A stretch of DNA of 51,540 bases from Actinomycetota bacterium (GTDB taxonomy: Bacteria > Actinomycetota > Acidimicrobiia > Acidimicrobiales > CADCSY01): NCBI GenBank assembly GCA_016781105.1, contig JADDRA010000079.1:3659-55198 (forward strand), in the 5' to 3' direction. Positions within the stretch are counted from its first letter, which is position 1. Every line of letters begins with the position of its first letter. The notes beneath the pieces were generated by a model that was not told the origin of the DNA, did not search any database, and was given only the letters and a program-made list of their open reading frames with translations. This document shows positions 22,645-34,743 of the stretch, piece by piece. Position numbers and translations under genes: made by a program.

Positions 22645-22993
22645 CTAGGCCAGGAGCATCCGCATGGGTTGGAGCCGGCGCGAGAAGGGGTTGAGGACGA
22701 GCCCGAGGATCTCGAGGGTGACCACCCCGAGGAGGGCCTCGTCGTGCCTCGCCGAGGATGACCGGGGTGTGGGCCCGGCCCTGGGGCAGCGAGATCTCAC
22801 ACTCGGACACGCCCCGCTGGAGGGGGCTGCCGTCGGCCAGGCCGAAGGTGAGGGTGCGGCTCGGCTGCAGCTCGAGGCGCTGCCACACCTCGGCCGGCAA
22901 CAGGGTGTAGGTGGCCCCGCTGTCGACCAGGAACCGGACGGGCTCCTCGCCTCCGGGCCCCCGGACCTCGCCGTCGATGAAGGTGAGCCCCAC
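22645..22993 (-). pseudogene. Clan AA (retropepsin-like) aspartyl protease, frameshifted near 22744
   Basis: MGLTF..FLVDSGATYT...LADG...VILGEA continues in another frame as DEALLGVVTLEILGLVLNPFSRRLQPMRMLLA-stop. Confidence 0.75.
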
Positions 22994-23019
22994 GCCCACC
23001 GAGCCTACGGCTGGCCCGC

Positions 23020-25296
23020 TCACCCACCCCGCTCGAGCGGGGTCCAGCACAGCAGGACCCGCTTCTCCCCCGCCCCCGGGAAGCGGATGAGCGCCTCGGC
23101 CTTGTCGCCCGAGCCGCTCACCTCCAGGACCACGCCGTCGCCCCACTTCTTGTGACGCACGTCGTCGCCCACCCGCAGGCCCAGGTGCTCCGCGCCGGTG
23201 CTGGGTAGCGGCCGTGACGGGGCCAGCGCCGACTCCACGATGCGCGGCCGGGCCCCGAACACCCGCCCCTCGGGCTCGTCGCCCCCGTCGAAGGCCCCCC
23301 CGGCGCGCCGCCGGCCGGGCCCCTCGGTGCCGGTGGCGGTGGCGGTGGCCCGGGCTCGCCCCGGCGGCCCCCCGACCATGCGGACCAGGTGCTCGGGCAG
23401 CTCCCGCAGGTAGCGGCTGGGCGGGTTGTAGCTGGTGGCGCCGAAGAGGCTGCGGCGCCAGGCGGAGCTGAGGTAGAGCCGCTCCCGGGCCCGGGTGATG
23501 CCCACGTAGGCCAGTCGGCGCTCCTCCTCCAGCTCGGCCGGCTCGGTCAGGGTCCGCAGGTGGGGGAAGACCCCCTCCTCCAGCCCGGTCAGGAACACCA
23601 CCGGGAACTCCAGGCCCTTGGCCGAGTGCAGGGTCATGAGCAGCACCGACGACTCGTCACCGTCGATCTCGTCGGTCTCGGCCACCAGGCTGACCGTCTC
23701 CAAAAAGGCGTCGACGGTCTCGGCCTGCTCGGCCACCCCCACCAGCTCGGCCAGGTTCTCGATGCGACCCTGGGCCTCGACGCTGCGCTCGGCCTCCAGC
23801 TCGGCCCGGTAGCCGCTGGCGCCGAGGGCGGCGTCGAGCACCCTGGCCGGTCCCTCCCCGGCTTCGACGAGCGCCCGCAGCTCGGCCAGCAGCCCCAGGA
23901 ACGCGCCGATCCCCTTCAGCGCCGCGCTCTTGACGTCGGCCTCCCCGGCGTGCTCCAGGGCGCTGCAGAAGGGCACGCCCCGGGCCTGGGCCCAGGCGTC
24001 GAGGCGGGCCAGGGTGGTGTCGCCCACCCCCCGGCGGGGGACGTTGAGGACCCGCTTGAGCGACACCTCGTCGGCCGGGTTCACCGTGGCCCGCAGGTAG
24101 GCCAGGGCGTCCTTGACCTCCCGGCGGTCGTAGAAGCGGGCCCCGCCCACCACCTTGTAGGGCACGCCCGCCCGCACGAGCTGCTCCTCGAACACCCGGC
24201 TCTGGGCGTTGGTGCGGTAGAAGACGGCCGCGTCGCCCCAGCGGTAGGTGCCGCCGTCGTGCAGGCGAGCCAGCTCGCCGACCACGAAGGCGGCCTCGTC
24301 GTGCTCGTCCTCGGCGGTGTAGCGCACGAGGGGTTCGCCCCCGGCCTGCTCGGTCCACAGCTCCTTGGGCGCGCGGCCGAGGTTGTGGGCGATGACGGCG
24401 TTGGCGGCGTCGAGGATGGTCTGGGTGGAGCGGTAGTTCTGGGCCAGCACCACGACCGAGGTGTCGGGGAAGGCCTTCTCGAAGTCGAGGATGTTGGAGA
24501 TGTCCGCGCCTCGGAAGCGGTAGATCGACTGGTCGCTGTCGCCGACGACGAAGACGTTGCCGTGGCCACGGGCGAGCAGGACCACCAGCTCGTTCTGGGC
24601 CCGGTTGGTGTCCTGGTACTCGTCGACCAGCACGTGGCGGAAGCGGCGCTGGTAGTGCTCCAGCACCGCCGGGTGCTCCCGGAACAGGCGCACCGTCTGG
24701 GCCAGGAGGTCGTCGAAGTCCAGGGCCCCGGCCTGGGCCAGGCGCTGCTGGTACTCGCGGTACACCTCGGCGATGCGACGCTCGAAGATGGTGCGGGCCG
24801 CCTCGGCGTAGGCGGCCGGCCCCACCAGCTCGTTCTTGGCCGTGCTGATCGCGGCGTGCACCGCGCGCGGCGCCATCCGCTTGGGGTCGATGTCGAGGTC
24901 GCGCAACACGTAGCCGGTGAGGCGCACGGCGTCGGCCTGGTCGTAGATCGTGAACGACGAGGGGTAGCCCAGCACACCGCCGTGGCGCCGCAGGATGCGC
25001 ACACAGGCCGAGTGGAAGGTGGAGACCCACATGCGCTCGGCCACGGGGCCGACCAGGGCGGCCACCCGGGCCTTCATCTCGTCGGCTGCCTTGTTGGTGA
25101 AGGTGATGGCCAGGATCTCGAAGGGCGACACCCCCTGGGCGATGAGGTGGGCGATGCGATGGGTCAGCACCCGGGTCTTGCCCGAACCGGCGCCGGCCAC
25201 CACCAGCAGGGCACCCTCACCCGAGGTCACCGCCTCGGCCTGGTCGGGATTCAGGCCGTCGAGCAGGCCAGGACGGGATGGTGGACCGCTCACCAT
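23020..25296 (-). CDS. pcrA: PcrA/UvrD ATP-dependent DNA helicase
   Basis: AGAGSGKT, TFHS, VDEYQD, GDSDQSIY, NYRS, TLHSAKGLEF, YVGITRA, C-terminal Tudor-like VRHKKWGDG. Confidence 0.95.
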   Translation of the reverse strand: MVSGPPSRPGLLDGLNPDQAEAVTSGEGALLVVAGAGSGKTRVLTHRIAHLIAQGVSPFEILAITFTNKAADEMKARVAALVGPVAERMWVSTFHSACVRILRRHGGVLGYPSSFTIYDQADAVRLTGYVLRDLDIDPKRMAPRAVHAAISTAKNELVGPAAYAEAARTIFERRIAEVYREYQQRLAQAGALDFDDLLAQTVRLFREHPAVLEHYQRRFRHVLVDEYQDTNRAQNELVVLLARGHGNVFVVGDSDQSIYRFRGADISNILDFEKAFPDTSVVVLAQNYRSTQTILDAANAVIAHNLGRAPKELWTEQAGGEPLVRYTAEDEHDEAAFVVGELARLHDGGTYRWGDAAVFYRTNAQSRVFEEQLVRAGVPYKVVGGARFYDRREVKDALAYLRATVNPADEVSLKRVLNVPRRGVGDTTLARLDAWAQARGVPFCSALEHAGEADVKSAALKGIGAFLGLLAELRALVEAGEGPARVLDAALGASGYRAELEAERSVEAQGRIENLAELVGVAEQAETVDAFLETVSLVAETDEIDGDESSVLLMTLHSAKGLEFPVVFLTGLEEGVFPHLRTLTEPAELEEERRLAYVGITRARERLYLSSAWRRSLFGATSYNPPSRYLRELPEHLVRMVGGPPGRARATATATGTEGPGRRRAGGAFDGGDEPEGRVFGARPRIVESALAPSRPLPSTGAEHLGLRVGDDVRHKKWGDGVVLEVSGSGDKAEALIRFPGAGEKRVLLCWTPLERGG

Positions 25297-25406
25297 TGCC
25301 CTCGGGACCCTACCGGGGGCCTGGGACAGCGGGGCGACCCCCTCCGCCGGCCAGGACCTGGCCGACCCGGTGCACGATCGGGCGCCGCAGGGGCGAGACT
25401 GGGACC

Positions 25407-26678
25407 ATGACCACGACCGAGGCCGCCACCCCCACGATCGGTCCCGCCGACGCCCTGCTCTTCGAGCTCCTGGCCACCCCCGAGGGCAGAGCCGACCCCT
25501 ACCCTCGCTACGCCCAGCTGCGCGAGCACTGGCCGGTCCACCGCCTCGCGCTCGAGATCCCTGGCTCCTCGGCGGGCACCTGGGTGCTCACCCGCTTCGA
25601 CCACTGCCAGGCCGTCCTGCGCCACCCCCGGGTGGGCAAGGACTTCAACGCCATGCAGCGACGCTGGGGCCTGAGCGGCGAGGAGCTGGCGGCCCAGCAG
25701 ACCTTCAGCAGCGAACGGCCGTCGATGCTCTTCAGCGACCCCCCCGACCACACCCGGCTGCGGGGCCTGGTCTCCAAGGCGTTCACGCCCCGCACGGTCG
25801 AGGCGTTGCGGCCCCACATCGTGCGCCTGGCCGACGAGGTGCTCGACGCCATCGGTGAGGGGGAGGTCAACGTCATGGCCGCCCTGGCCTTCCCCCTGCC
25901 GGTCAGCGTCATCGGCGAGATGCTGGGGGTGCCCGCCGCCGACCGCCCCCAGTTCCAGCGCCTGGTCCGGGCCTCGGCCGCCGCCCTCGAGCCCTTCGTC
26001 TCCGCCGAGGTGCTCGAGGCGGCCAACGGGGCCACCCTGGAGATGGAGGACTACTTCCGCCACCTGGTGGCCGAGCGTCGCCGGAGCCCCGGTGACGACC
26101 TGTTGACCCAGCTCATCGCCGCCGAGGACCACGGCGACCAGCTGAGCACCCAGGAGCTGCTCTCGACGGCCATCCTGCTCTTCGCCGCCGGCTTCGAGAC
26201 GACCACCAACCTGATCGGCAACGGCCTGCTGGCCCTGCTGCGCCACCCCGACCAGCTCGAGCGCCTGCGCCGGGACCCCGGCCTGCTCCCGTCTGCGGTC
26301 GAGGAGCTGTTGCGCTACGACAGCCCGGTGCAGGTCAACGGCCGCATCGCCGGGGACGAGATCGAGATCGACGGCCACGCCTTCCCCGCCGGGGCCACGC
26401 TGTTGATCCTCCAGGGCGCGGCCAACCGGGACCCTCGCCGCTTCCCCGATCCCGACCGGCTCGACGTCGGCCGGGCCGACGGCGCCTCCATGAGCTTCGG
26501 CACCGGCATCCACTTCTGCCTGGGCGCGGCCCTGGCCCGGGTCGAGGGTCAGGTCGTCTTCGGCCGCCTGCTCGAGCGCTACGGGCGCATCGAGCTGCTC
26601 GACGACAGCCCCAGCTACCGCGACAGCATCACCCTGCGGGGCCTGGCCGAGCTGCCGGTGCGCCTCCAGGCCGCCTGA
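25407..26678 (+). CDS. Cytochrome P450
   Basis: DPPDHTRLR, AAGFETT I-helix, EELLR (ExxR), SFGTGIHFCLG heme motif; ATG 25407. Confidence 0.95.
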   Translation: MTTTEAATPTIGPADALLFELLATPEGRADPYPRYAQLREHWPVHRLALEIPGSSAGTWVLTRFDHCQAVLRHPRVGKDFNAMQRRWGLSGEELAAQQTFSSERPSMLFSDPPDHTRLRGLVSKAFTPRTVEALRPHIVRLADEVLDAIGEGEVNVMAALAFPLPVSVIGEMLGVPAADRPQFQRLVRASAAALEPFVSAEVLEAANGATLEMEDYFRHLVAERRRSPGDDLLTQLIAAEDHGDQLSTQELLSTAILLFAAGFETTTNLIGNGLLALLRHPDQLERLRRDPGLLPSAVEELLRYDSPVQVNGRIAGDEIEIDGHAFPAGATLLILQGAANRDPRRFPDPDRLDVGRADGASMSFGTGIHFCLGAALARVEGQVVFGRLLERYGRIELLDDSPSYRDSITLRGLAELPVRLQAA

Positions 26679-26683
26679 CCCGG

Positions 26684-26710
26684 GCTACTCCCACTCGCTA
26701 CTCCCACTCG
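26684..26710. repeat. 13-bp tandem duplication of the guaA 3' end (GAGTGGGAGTAGC twice on the minus strand)
   Basis: GCTACTCCCACTC at 26684-26696 and 26697-26709. Confidence 0.85.
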
Positions 26711-28233
26711 ATGGTGCCCGGGGGCTTGGACGTGATGTCGTAGGCCACCCGGTTCACCCCCGGCACCTCGTTGACGATGCGGCTCGACAGGCGCTCGAGC
26801 AGCTCGTGGGGCAGCCGGGCCCAGTCGGCGGTCATGGCGTCGTCGCTGGTGACGGCCCGGAGGATGACGGGCGAGGCGTAGGTCCGCTCGTCGCCCATCA
26901 CGCCCACTGAGCGGATGTCGGCGGCCAGCACGGCGAAGGCCTGCCAGATCTCACGCTCGAGGCCGGCTGCCTTGATCTCCTCCCGCACGATGGCGTCGGC
27001 GTGGCGCAGCACGGCCAGGCGCTCGGGCGTGACCTCGCCCAGGACGCGCACCCCGAGCCCGGGTCCGGGGAAGGGCTGGCGCCAGACGATCTCGGGAGGC
27101 AGACCGAGCTCCTCGCCCACCCGGCGCACCTCGTCCTTGAACAAGGCCCGAAGAGGCTCGACCAGCTCGAAGTCGAGGTCGGCGGGCAGTCCGCCGACGT
27201 TGTGGTGGGACTTGATGCGGGCCGCGTCGGGCGTGCCCGACTCGATCACGTCGGGGTAGAGCGTGCCCTGGACCAGGAAGCGGGCGTCGGACAGCCCCTG
27301 GGCCGCCACCTCGAACTCCCGGATGAAGCGCTCCCCGATGGCCTTGCGCTTCTCCTCGGGGTCGACCACACCGGCCAGGCGCTCGAAGAAGCGCTCGGCC
27401 GCTCGCACGTGGACGAGCTCGATGCCGTGGTGACGGCGGAACGTCTCGACCACCTGGTCGCTCTCGCCCTCGCGCATGAGGCCGGTGTCGACGTAGACGC
27501 AGGTGAGCTGCTCCCCCACCGCCTTGTGGACCAGGGCGGCGGCCACGGCCGAGTCGACGCCGCCCGAGAGGCCGCAGATCACTCGCTCGGCGCCCACCTG
27601 GTCGCGCACCGCCTCGACCTGCGATTCGATGATCGAGGTCATCGTCCAGGTGGGCCTGGCGCCGCACACGTCGTGGAGGAAGCGAGCCAACAGCTCCTGG
27701 CCCCGCGGGGTGTGCACCACCTCGGGGTGGAACTGAACCCCGAAGATCCTGCGGGCCGGGGATTCCAGGGCGGCGACCGGCGCCTCGGCGCTGCGGGCGG
27801 TGGCGGCGAAGCCCTCGGGCACCCCCACGATGGAGTCGCCGTGGCTCATCCACACGCTCTGGCCGCCCGCCACCTCGAACAGGGCAGAGGGGGCGTCGAC
27901 CTCGAGGGCGGTGCGGCCGTACTCGCCCCGGCCGGTGCGGGCCACGGTGCCGCCTAGGCTGGCGGCCACCAGCTGGGCCCCGTAGCAGATGCCGAGCAGG
28001 GGGACGTCGAGCTCGAAGACCTCCGGGTCGAGACCCGGCGCCCCGGCGACGTGGACCGACTTGGGCCCTCCGCTCAGGATGACGCCGACCGGGTTGCGGG
28101 CGGCCACCTCGGCGGCGGTGATCGTGTGGGGCACGATCTCGCTGTAGACGTGGGCCTCCCGCACCCGCCGGGCGATGAGCTGGGCGTACTGGGCCCCGAA
28201 GTCGACGACCAGGACGGTGTCGAAGTCGCTCAC
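26698..28233 (-). CDS. guaA: GMP synthase (glutamine-hydrolysing)
   Basis: [40 protein letters not shown]. Confidence 0.97.
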   Translation of the reverse strand: MSDFDTVLVVDFGAQYAQLIARRVREAHVYSEIVPHTITAAEVAARNPVGVILSGGPKSVHVAGAPGLDPEVFELDVPLLGICYGAQLVAASLGGTVARTGRGEYGRTALEVDAPSALFEVAGGQSVWMSHGDSIVGVPEGFAATARSAEAPVAALESPARRIFGVQFHPEVVHTPRGQELLARFLHDVCGARPTWTMTSIIESQVEAVRDQVGAERVICGLSGGVDSAVAAALVHKAVGEQLTCVYVDTGLMREGESDQVVETFRRHHGIELVHVRAAERFFERLAGVVDPEEKRKAIGERFIREFEVAAQGLSDARFLVQGTLYPDVIESGTPDAARIKSHHNVGGLPADLDFELVEPLRALFKDEVRRVGEELGLPPEIVWRQPFPGPGLGVRVLGEVTPERLAVLRHADAIVREEIKAAGLEREIWQAFAVLAADIRSVGVMGDERTYASPVILRAVTSDDAMTADWARLPHELLERLSSRIVNEVPGVNRVAYDITSKPPGTIEWE

Positions 28234-28312
28234 CCGTCCCGCCTCCTCACGTTCCGGCAGCTCGAGTGGTCGAAGAAGCAGCCCGTCGTGCTGCCGGAAG
28301 GAGGTTGGGGGC

Positions 28313-29482
28313 TCACCCCGAGCGGCCCATGCCGATGCCCTGGGAGCGCTGGAGGTCCTTGCCCTCGGTCTGGAGGGCGGGGGCGACCATCACCTCGGCC
28401 TTCTGGAACTCCTTGACCGTCTCGTAGCCACAGGTGGCCATGGAGGTGCGCAGGGCGCCGCAGAGGTTCAGGCGGCCGTCGTTCTCCCGGGCGGGGCCCA
28501 CGAGGATCTCCTCGAGGGTCCCGCGCACGCCGACGCGCACCCGGGCGCCCCGGGGCAGGGTCGGGTGGAAGGTGGCCATCCCCCAGTGGTGGCCCCGGCC
28601 GGGCGCCTCGGCGGCGGCGGCCAGGGGCGAGCCGATCATGACGGCGTCGGCCCCACAGGCGATGGCCTTGGCCACGTCGCCACCCGTGCTCATGCCCCCG
28701 TCGGCGATGACGTGGCAGTAGACGCCCGTCTCGTCGAGGTGGCGCATGCGGGCCCCCCGGGCGTCGGCCACGGCCGTGGCCTGGGGCACGCCGATGCCGA
28801 GGACGCCCCGGCTGGTGCAGGCGTTGCCCGGGCCCACGCCGACCAGGACCCCGGCGGCTCCGGTGCGCATGAGGTGCAGGGCGGCGTCGTAGGAGGCGCA
28901 GCCGCCCACCACCACCGGGATCGGCAGCTCTCGCACGAAGCGCTTCAGGTTGAGCGGCTCCACGGTCCGGGACAGGTGCTCGGCGGTCACGACCGTGCCC
29001 TGGATGACCAGCAGGTCGAGCTCGGCCTCGAGCAGGTGGGGGGCGAAGGCCTGGGTGCGCTGGGGCGTGACCGAGGCGCACGAGATGACGCCGGCGTCGC
29101 GGATCTGGCGGATGCGGGGGGCGATGAGCTCGGGCTTGACCGGCTCGGCGTAGATCTCCTGCAGGCGCAGGGTGGCCTTGTCGGTGGGCAGGTCGGCGAT
29201 CTCGTCGAACAGCGGCTCGGGGTCCTCGTAGCGGGTCCACAGGCCCTCGAGGTTCAACACCCCCACGCCGCCCAGCCGGCCCAGCTCGATGGCCGTGGCC
29301 GGGCTGACCACCCCGTCCATGGCCGAGCCCATCACCGGCAGCTCGAAGCGGAAGGCGTCGATCTCCCAGGAGATGTCGATGTCCTCGGGATCGCGCGTCC
29401 GCCGGCTCGGCACGATGGCGATGTCGTCGAAGCCGTAGGCCTGGCGACCGGACTTTCCGATCCCGATCTCGATCTCGGCCAC
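28313..29482 (-). CDS. guaB3: GuaB3-family IMP dehydrogenase
   Basis: EIEIGIGK...[40 protein letters not shown]-terminal EGK.LQ..Q.IGMG. Confidence 0.9.
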   Translation of the reverse strand: MAEIEIGIGKSGRQAYGFDDIAIVPSRRTRDPEDIDISWEIDAFRFELPVMGSAMDGVVSPATAIELGRLGGVGVLNLEGLWTRYEDPEPLFDEIADLPTDKATLRLQEIYAEPVKPELIAPRIRQIRDAGVISCASVTPQRTQAFAPHLLEAELDLLVIQGTVVTAEHLSRTVEPLNLKRFVRELPIPVVVGGCASYDAALHLMRTGAAGVLVGVGPGNACTSRGVLGIGVPQATAVADARGARMRHLDETGVYCHVIADGGMSTGGDVAKAIACGADAVMIGSPLAAAAEAPGRGHHWGMATFHPTLPRGARVRVGVRGTLEEILVGPARENDGRLNLCGALRTSMATCGYETVKEFQKAEVMVAPALQTEGKDLQRSQGIGMGRSG

Positions 29483-29589
29483 CGATGCCCCCTCGCTCCC
29501 GCCCCGTCGGAAGGTTCAGCCTATCGCCGACCTGGTTCCGGGACGGGGACCAGGACCGCCCACACTGTGTCGCAGGAGGTCGACGAGGC

Positions 29590-29757
29590 TCAGCCCGCGA
29601 CCTGCTCCTGTTGCACGTCGACCAGCTGCTCCAGCAGCTCGCGCAGGCCGCCCGTCTTGAGGTTGGCCATCACCCGCCCGGGTGTCTCCTCGCCCCGCTC
29701 CCACTCCATCCACTGGGACAGCAGCTTGGTGGGGTCGGGCGGGGGCCGTTCCTGCAT
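29590..29757 (-). CDS. Small hypothetical protein (55 aa)
   Basis: MQERPPPDPTKLLSQWMEWERGEETPGRVMANLKTGGLRELLE; TAGCCT -10 box 7 nt before ATG. Confidence 0.7.
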   Translation of the reverse strand: MQERPPPDPTKLLSQWMEWERGEETPGRVMANLKTGGLRELLEQLVDVQQEQVAG

Positions 29758-29767
29758 CGGGGGCAGG

Positions 29768-30604
29768 CTACCCGCCGCCGAGGTGCACGGTCTCGCCCCG
29801 GGCCACGTAGCGGATGCTCGTGGGAAGCGACGCTCGGGCCACGGCATCTTGGAACACGGCCAGGGGCTCTTTGAACACGGTGTAGTCCTCGTAGTGGATG
29901 GGCACCGCGGTGCGAGGCCGGATGATCCGCAGCGCCTCGATCCCCTGCTCGGCGTCCATGGTCACCAGCACCCCGAGCACCCGGGTGCCGCCGAGGTGGA
30001 GCAGCCCGAGGTCGAGGTCGGGGTAGCGCTGGGGGATCTCGGACAGGCGGTCGTGGACCAGAGTGTCACCGGAGACATAGAGCCGGAAGGCGACCTGCCC
30101 GCTGTGGCCGAACTCCACCACGCTGCCCATGACCGGCGGGAGCAGGGCGGCGAGGGCACCGGGAGCGTGACGTCCGGGGACCGCAGTGACCCGCAGCGTG
30201 GCCTCGCCCCGGACGAAGAGCTGGGACTGCCAGGTGTCGAGGGTGATGGGCCGCACGAACCCCTGGCGCCGCAGCTTGGCGCTGGCGTGGGCGGTGGTGA
30301 CGATGGGGATCGCCTTGTCGAGCTCGGCCGCCGCCACCTCGTCGAAGTGGTCACCGTGGTGGTGGGACAGCACGATGAGATCGAGCGGGGGCAGCTCGCC
30401 GATCGTCAGAGCCGGCTCGGTCAGGCGACGCGAGTGCAAGCCGTAGCCCAACGTGGCGTGGTCGCCCCGGTGCAGGAAGTTCGGATCGGTGAGCAGGGTG
30501 AAGCCGCCGTAGCGGATCAGGACGGTCGCCGTCCCGATGAAGGTCAGCTCCCCGCTCCCGGGTGCGGGAACCTCCGAGGCGTCCAGCTCGACGGGATCGC
30601 TCAC
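29768..30604 (-). CDS. MBL-fold metallo-hydrolase (UlaG-like)
   Basis: TFIGTAT, LTDPNF, SHHHGDH (HxHxDH), SGDT, PIHY; GTGA overlap with the DUF3072 gene. Confidence 0.88.
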   Translation of the reverse strand: MSDPVELDASEVPAPGSGELTFIGTATVLIRYGGFTLLTDPNFLHRGDHATLGYGLHSRRLTEPALTIGELPPLDLIVLSHHHGDHFDEVAAAELDKAIPIVTTAHASAKLRRQGFVRPITLDTWQSQLFVRGEATLRVTAVPGRHAPGALAALLPPVMGSVVEFGHSGQVAFRLYVSGDTLVHDRLSEIPQRYPDLDLGLLHLGGTRVLGVLVTMDAEQGIEALRIIRPRTAVPIHYEDYTVFKEPLAVFQDAVARASLPTSIRYVARGETVHLGGG

Positions 30605-30819
30605 CGACCTCGCCCGGTGCGCTCCTGGAGCTCGTCGATGCGCCGAGAGGCCTCGGCCTTGGTGAGCGAGGGGTCGAACTCCTCTCCGGCCTCCTGGCTC
30701 AAGGTCTCCAGGTACGAGGCCTGCGCCCCGGTCATGGCCTCGTCCCCCGTCACCCACTCATCAGGGTCCTTGGAGACGTTGGACGCAGGCTGCTCACGAG
30801 GATCCGGCGCATCGCTCAT
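30601..30819 (-). CDS. DUF3072 family protein
   Basis: KDPDEWVTGDEAMTGAQASYLETL...LTKAEASRRIDEL. Confidence 0.88.
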   Translation of the reverse strand: MSDAPDPREQPASNVSKDPDEWVTGDEAMTGAQASYLETLSQEAGEEFDPSLTKAEASRRIDELQERTGRGR

Positions 30820-31035
30820 GCGCGGGCTCTACCCACCCCGGGAAGAGGACCGAACCCGAGAACGCGAGACAGCCGGACCTCAACGGTCCGGCCGTCTCGC
30901 CCGACTCACGAAGGAGGGGAAGGAGTGGTGGGCGGGTGGCACCGAGGGGAGGGGCCCACCCACCCGAGCGCAGCGAGGCGTGGGCGGGAGGGGTCCCGCT
31001 CGGTGACAGGACCCGCCGAGCACTCCGGAGGAGAC

Positions 31036-32996
<1,961 letters not shown>

Positions 32997-33048
32997 GTAC
33001 GCCTCCGTAGGGGGTGTTCCGCTGGGACCGGCCACACGAGAGGGGCCG

Positions 33049-33075
33049 TTAGCACTCTCGGGTGCCGAGTGCTAA
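33049..33075. promoter_or_regulatory. CIRCE element (HrcA operator)
   Basis: Perfect TTAGCACTC-N9-GAGTGCTAA upstream of groES. Confidence 0.97.
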
Positions 33076-33134
33076 CGATAGGCGCAGGCGCCCGCGCCCA
33101 CAACCCCCGCCAGGAGGGGCGAGGGGTCCGGCGG

Positions 33135-34142
33135 TCACACCACCGGGAGGCGGAGGTTGGGCTCCACCCCCGCGTCCAGAGGCGTGGGGCCGTCGTGCTC
33201 CAGCCGCCACCACGCGGCGGCGGCCACCATGGCGGCGTTGTCGGTGCACATGGCCCGGCTGGGCAGGAAGGCGGCCAGCCCATCGGCGGTGCAGGCGTCG
33301 AGGACCGCCTCCCGCAGCGCCGAGTTGGCGGCGACGCCTCCGCCCAGGGCGATGCTGGTGGCCCCCACCTCCCGCGCCGCCCGGCGGGCCTTGGCCACGA
33401 GCACGTCGACCACGGCCTGCTGGAAGCTGGCGGCCACGTCCTCGGTCGCCGCGTCGGGGTGCTGGCGCACGTAGGTGACGACCGCCGTCTTCAGCCCCGA
33501 GAAGCTGAAGTCGTAGCCCTGGTCGAGCAAGGCCCGGGGGAAGGGGATGGCGGCGGGGTCACCGGCGATGGCCAGACGGTCGATGGCCGGGCCTCCCGGG
33601 TAGCCGAGGCCGAGGTAGCGGGCCACCTTGTCGAACGCCTCGCCGGCGGCGTCGTCGAGGGTCGAGCCCAGCAGGCGGTACCGGCCCACGTCCTCGACGG
33701 CCACCAACATCGTGTGGCCGCCCGACACCAGCAGGGCCACGACCGGCAGCTCGAGCGTCGGGTCCTCGACGAAGGAGGAGACGAGGTGGGCCTCGAGGTG
33801 GTTGACCCCGACGAAGGGGAGCCCCCACACCAGGGCCAGTGCCTTGGCCCCGGCCACGCCCACCAGGAGCGACCCCACCAGGCCGGGCCCCACGGTGGCG
33901 GCCACCGCCTGCATCTCGGGCCCCTCGGCGCCCGACTCCACCAGCGCCTCGGCCACCACGGGGGTCAACAGCTCCACGTGCGCCCGGCTCGCGATCTCGG
34001 GGACGACGCCACCGAAGCGGGCGTGCAGATCGACCTGGCTGGACACCACCGACGAGCGGATGTCGACGCCCCGGGCCACCACCGCTGCCGCCGTCTCGTC
34101 GCAGCTCGTCTCGATGCCGAGGATCAGCCCGCTCCCGTTCAC
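33135..34142 (-). CDS. tsaD: tRNA t6A biosynthesis protein TsaD
   Basis: LGIETSCDET, GGVVPEIASRAH, NHLEAH, SGGHT, DAAGEAFDK, CTDNAAM. Confidence 0.95.
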   Translation of the reverse strand: MNGSGLILGIETSCDETAAAVVARGVDIRSSVVSSQVDLHARFGGVVPEIASRAHVELLTPVVAEALVESGAEGPEMQAVAATVGPGLVGSLLVGVAGAKALALVWGLPFVGVNHLEAHLVSSFVEDPTLELPVVALLVSGGHTMLVAVEDVGRYRLLGSTLDDAAGEAFDKVARYLGLGYPGGPAIDRLAIAGDPAAIPFPRALLDQGYDFSFSGLKTAVVTYVRQHPDAATEDVAASFQQAVVDVLVAKARRAAREVGATSIALGGGVAANSALREAVLDACTADGLAAFLPSRAMCTDNAAMVAAAAWWRLEHDGPTPLDAGVEPNLRLPVV

Positions 34143-34741
34143 GCCTGCTCCTCGGCGGGAACGGCGGCGGGGGCGACCGAGGTGGTCGCCGTCGTGGAGG
34201 TCACCGCCGCCAGGTCGGCGTCGATGGCGGCCAGGCGGGCGGCGTAGGCGGGCGAGTCGATCTCGTGGGCCCACATGATGAGCGCATCCTCCTTGGTCTC
34301 GGCGTAGTACCCCCGTCGCACCCCGGCGGGGACGAAGCCGAAGCGCCGGTACAGCGCCTGGGCGCCGATGTTGCCCATGCGCACCTCCAGGGTCAGCCCG
34401 CTGCAGCCCTCGTCGACGCCGTGGTGGGCCAGGGCGAGCAGGAGGCGGGTGGCGATCCCCTGGCGGCGCCACCGGGGATCGACGGCCAGGGTGGTGACGT
34501 GGCCCTCGCCCAGACCGACCATCAGGCCCCCGTAGCCCACGACCGACGGGCCGGCGCGGGCCACCAGGTAGCGCCGGCTCGGTCCCGCCCCCAGCTCGGA
34601 CAGGAACAGGGCCAGCGTCCAGGGTCGGGGACAGACCTGGCCCTCGATGCGCAGCACCGAACGCAGGTGGCGCCGGCGCATGGCCTGGATGCGCACGTCG
34701 AGCGGCGCGCCCTCGCACCCCCCGCCCATCGGGCCGCTCAC
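34139..34741 (-). CDS. rimI: Ribosomal-protein-alanine N-acetyltransferase
   Basis: LAVDPRWRRQGIA, LEVRMGN, LYRRFGF, GYY...EDALIM; between tsaB and tsaD. Confidence 0.9.
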   Translation of the reverse strand: MSGPMGGGCEGAPLDVRIQAMRRRHLRSVLRIEGQVCPRPWTLALFLSELGAGPSRRYLVARAGPSVVGYGGLMVGLGEGHVTTLAVDPRWRRQGIATRLLLALAHHGVDEGCSGLTLEVRMGNIGAQALYRRFGFVPAGVRRGYYAETKEDALIMWAHEIDSPAYAARLAAIDADLAAVTSTTATTSVAPAAVPAEEQA

Positions 34742-34743
34742 GC

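Noticed and set aside
25407-26678. P450 as part of the peptide-modification cluster
   Set aside because: It is more than 8 kb away, separated by housekeeping operons, with no adjacent precursor-like ORF recognised.
30829-30855. SigF/SigB-like promoter (GTTC-N17-GGGTAG) before the DUF3072 gene
   Set aside because: Imperfect -35 match; plausible but not supportable by eye.
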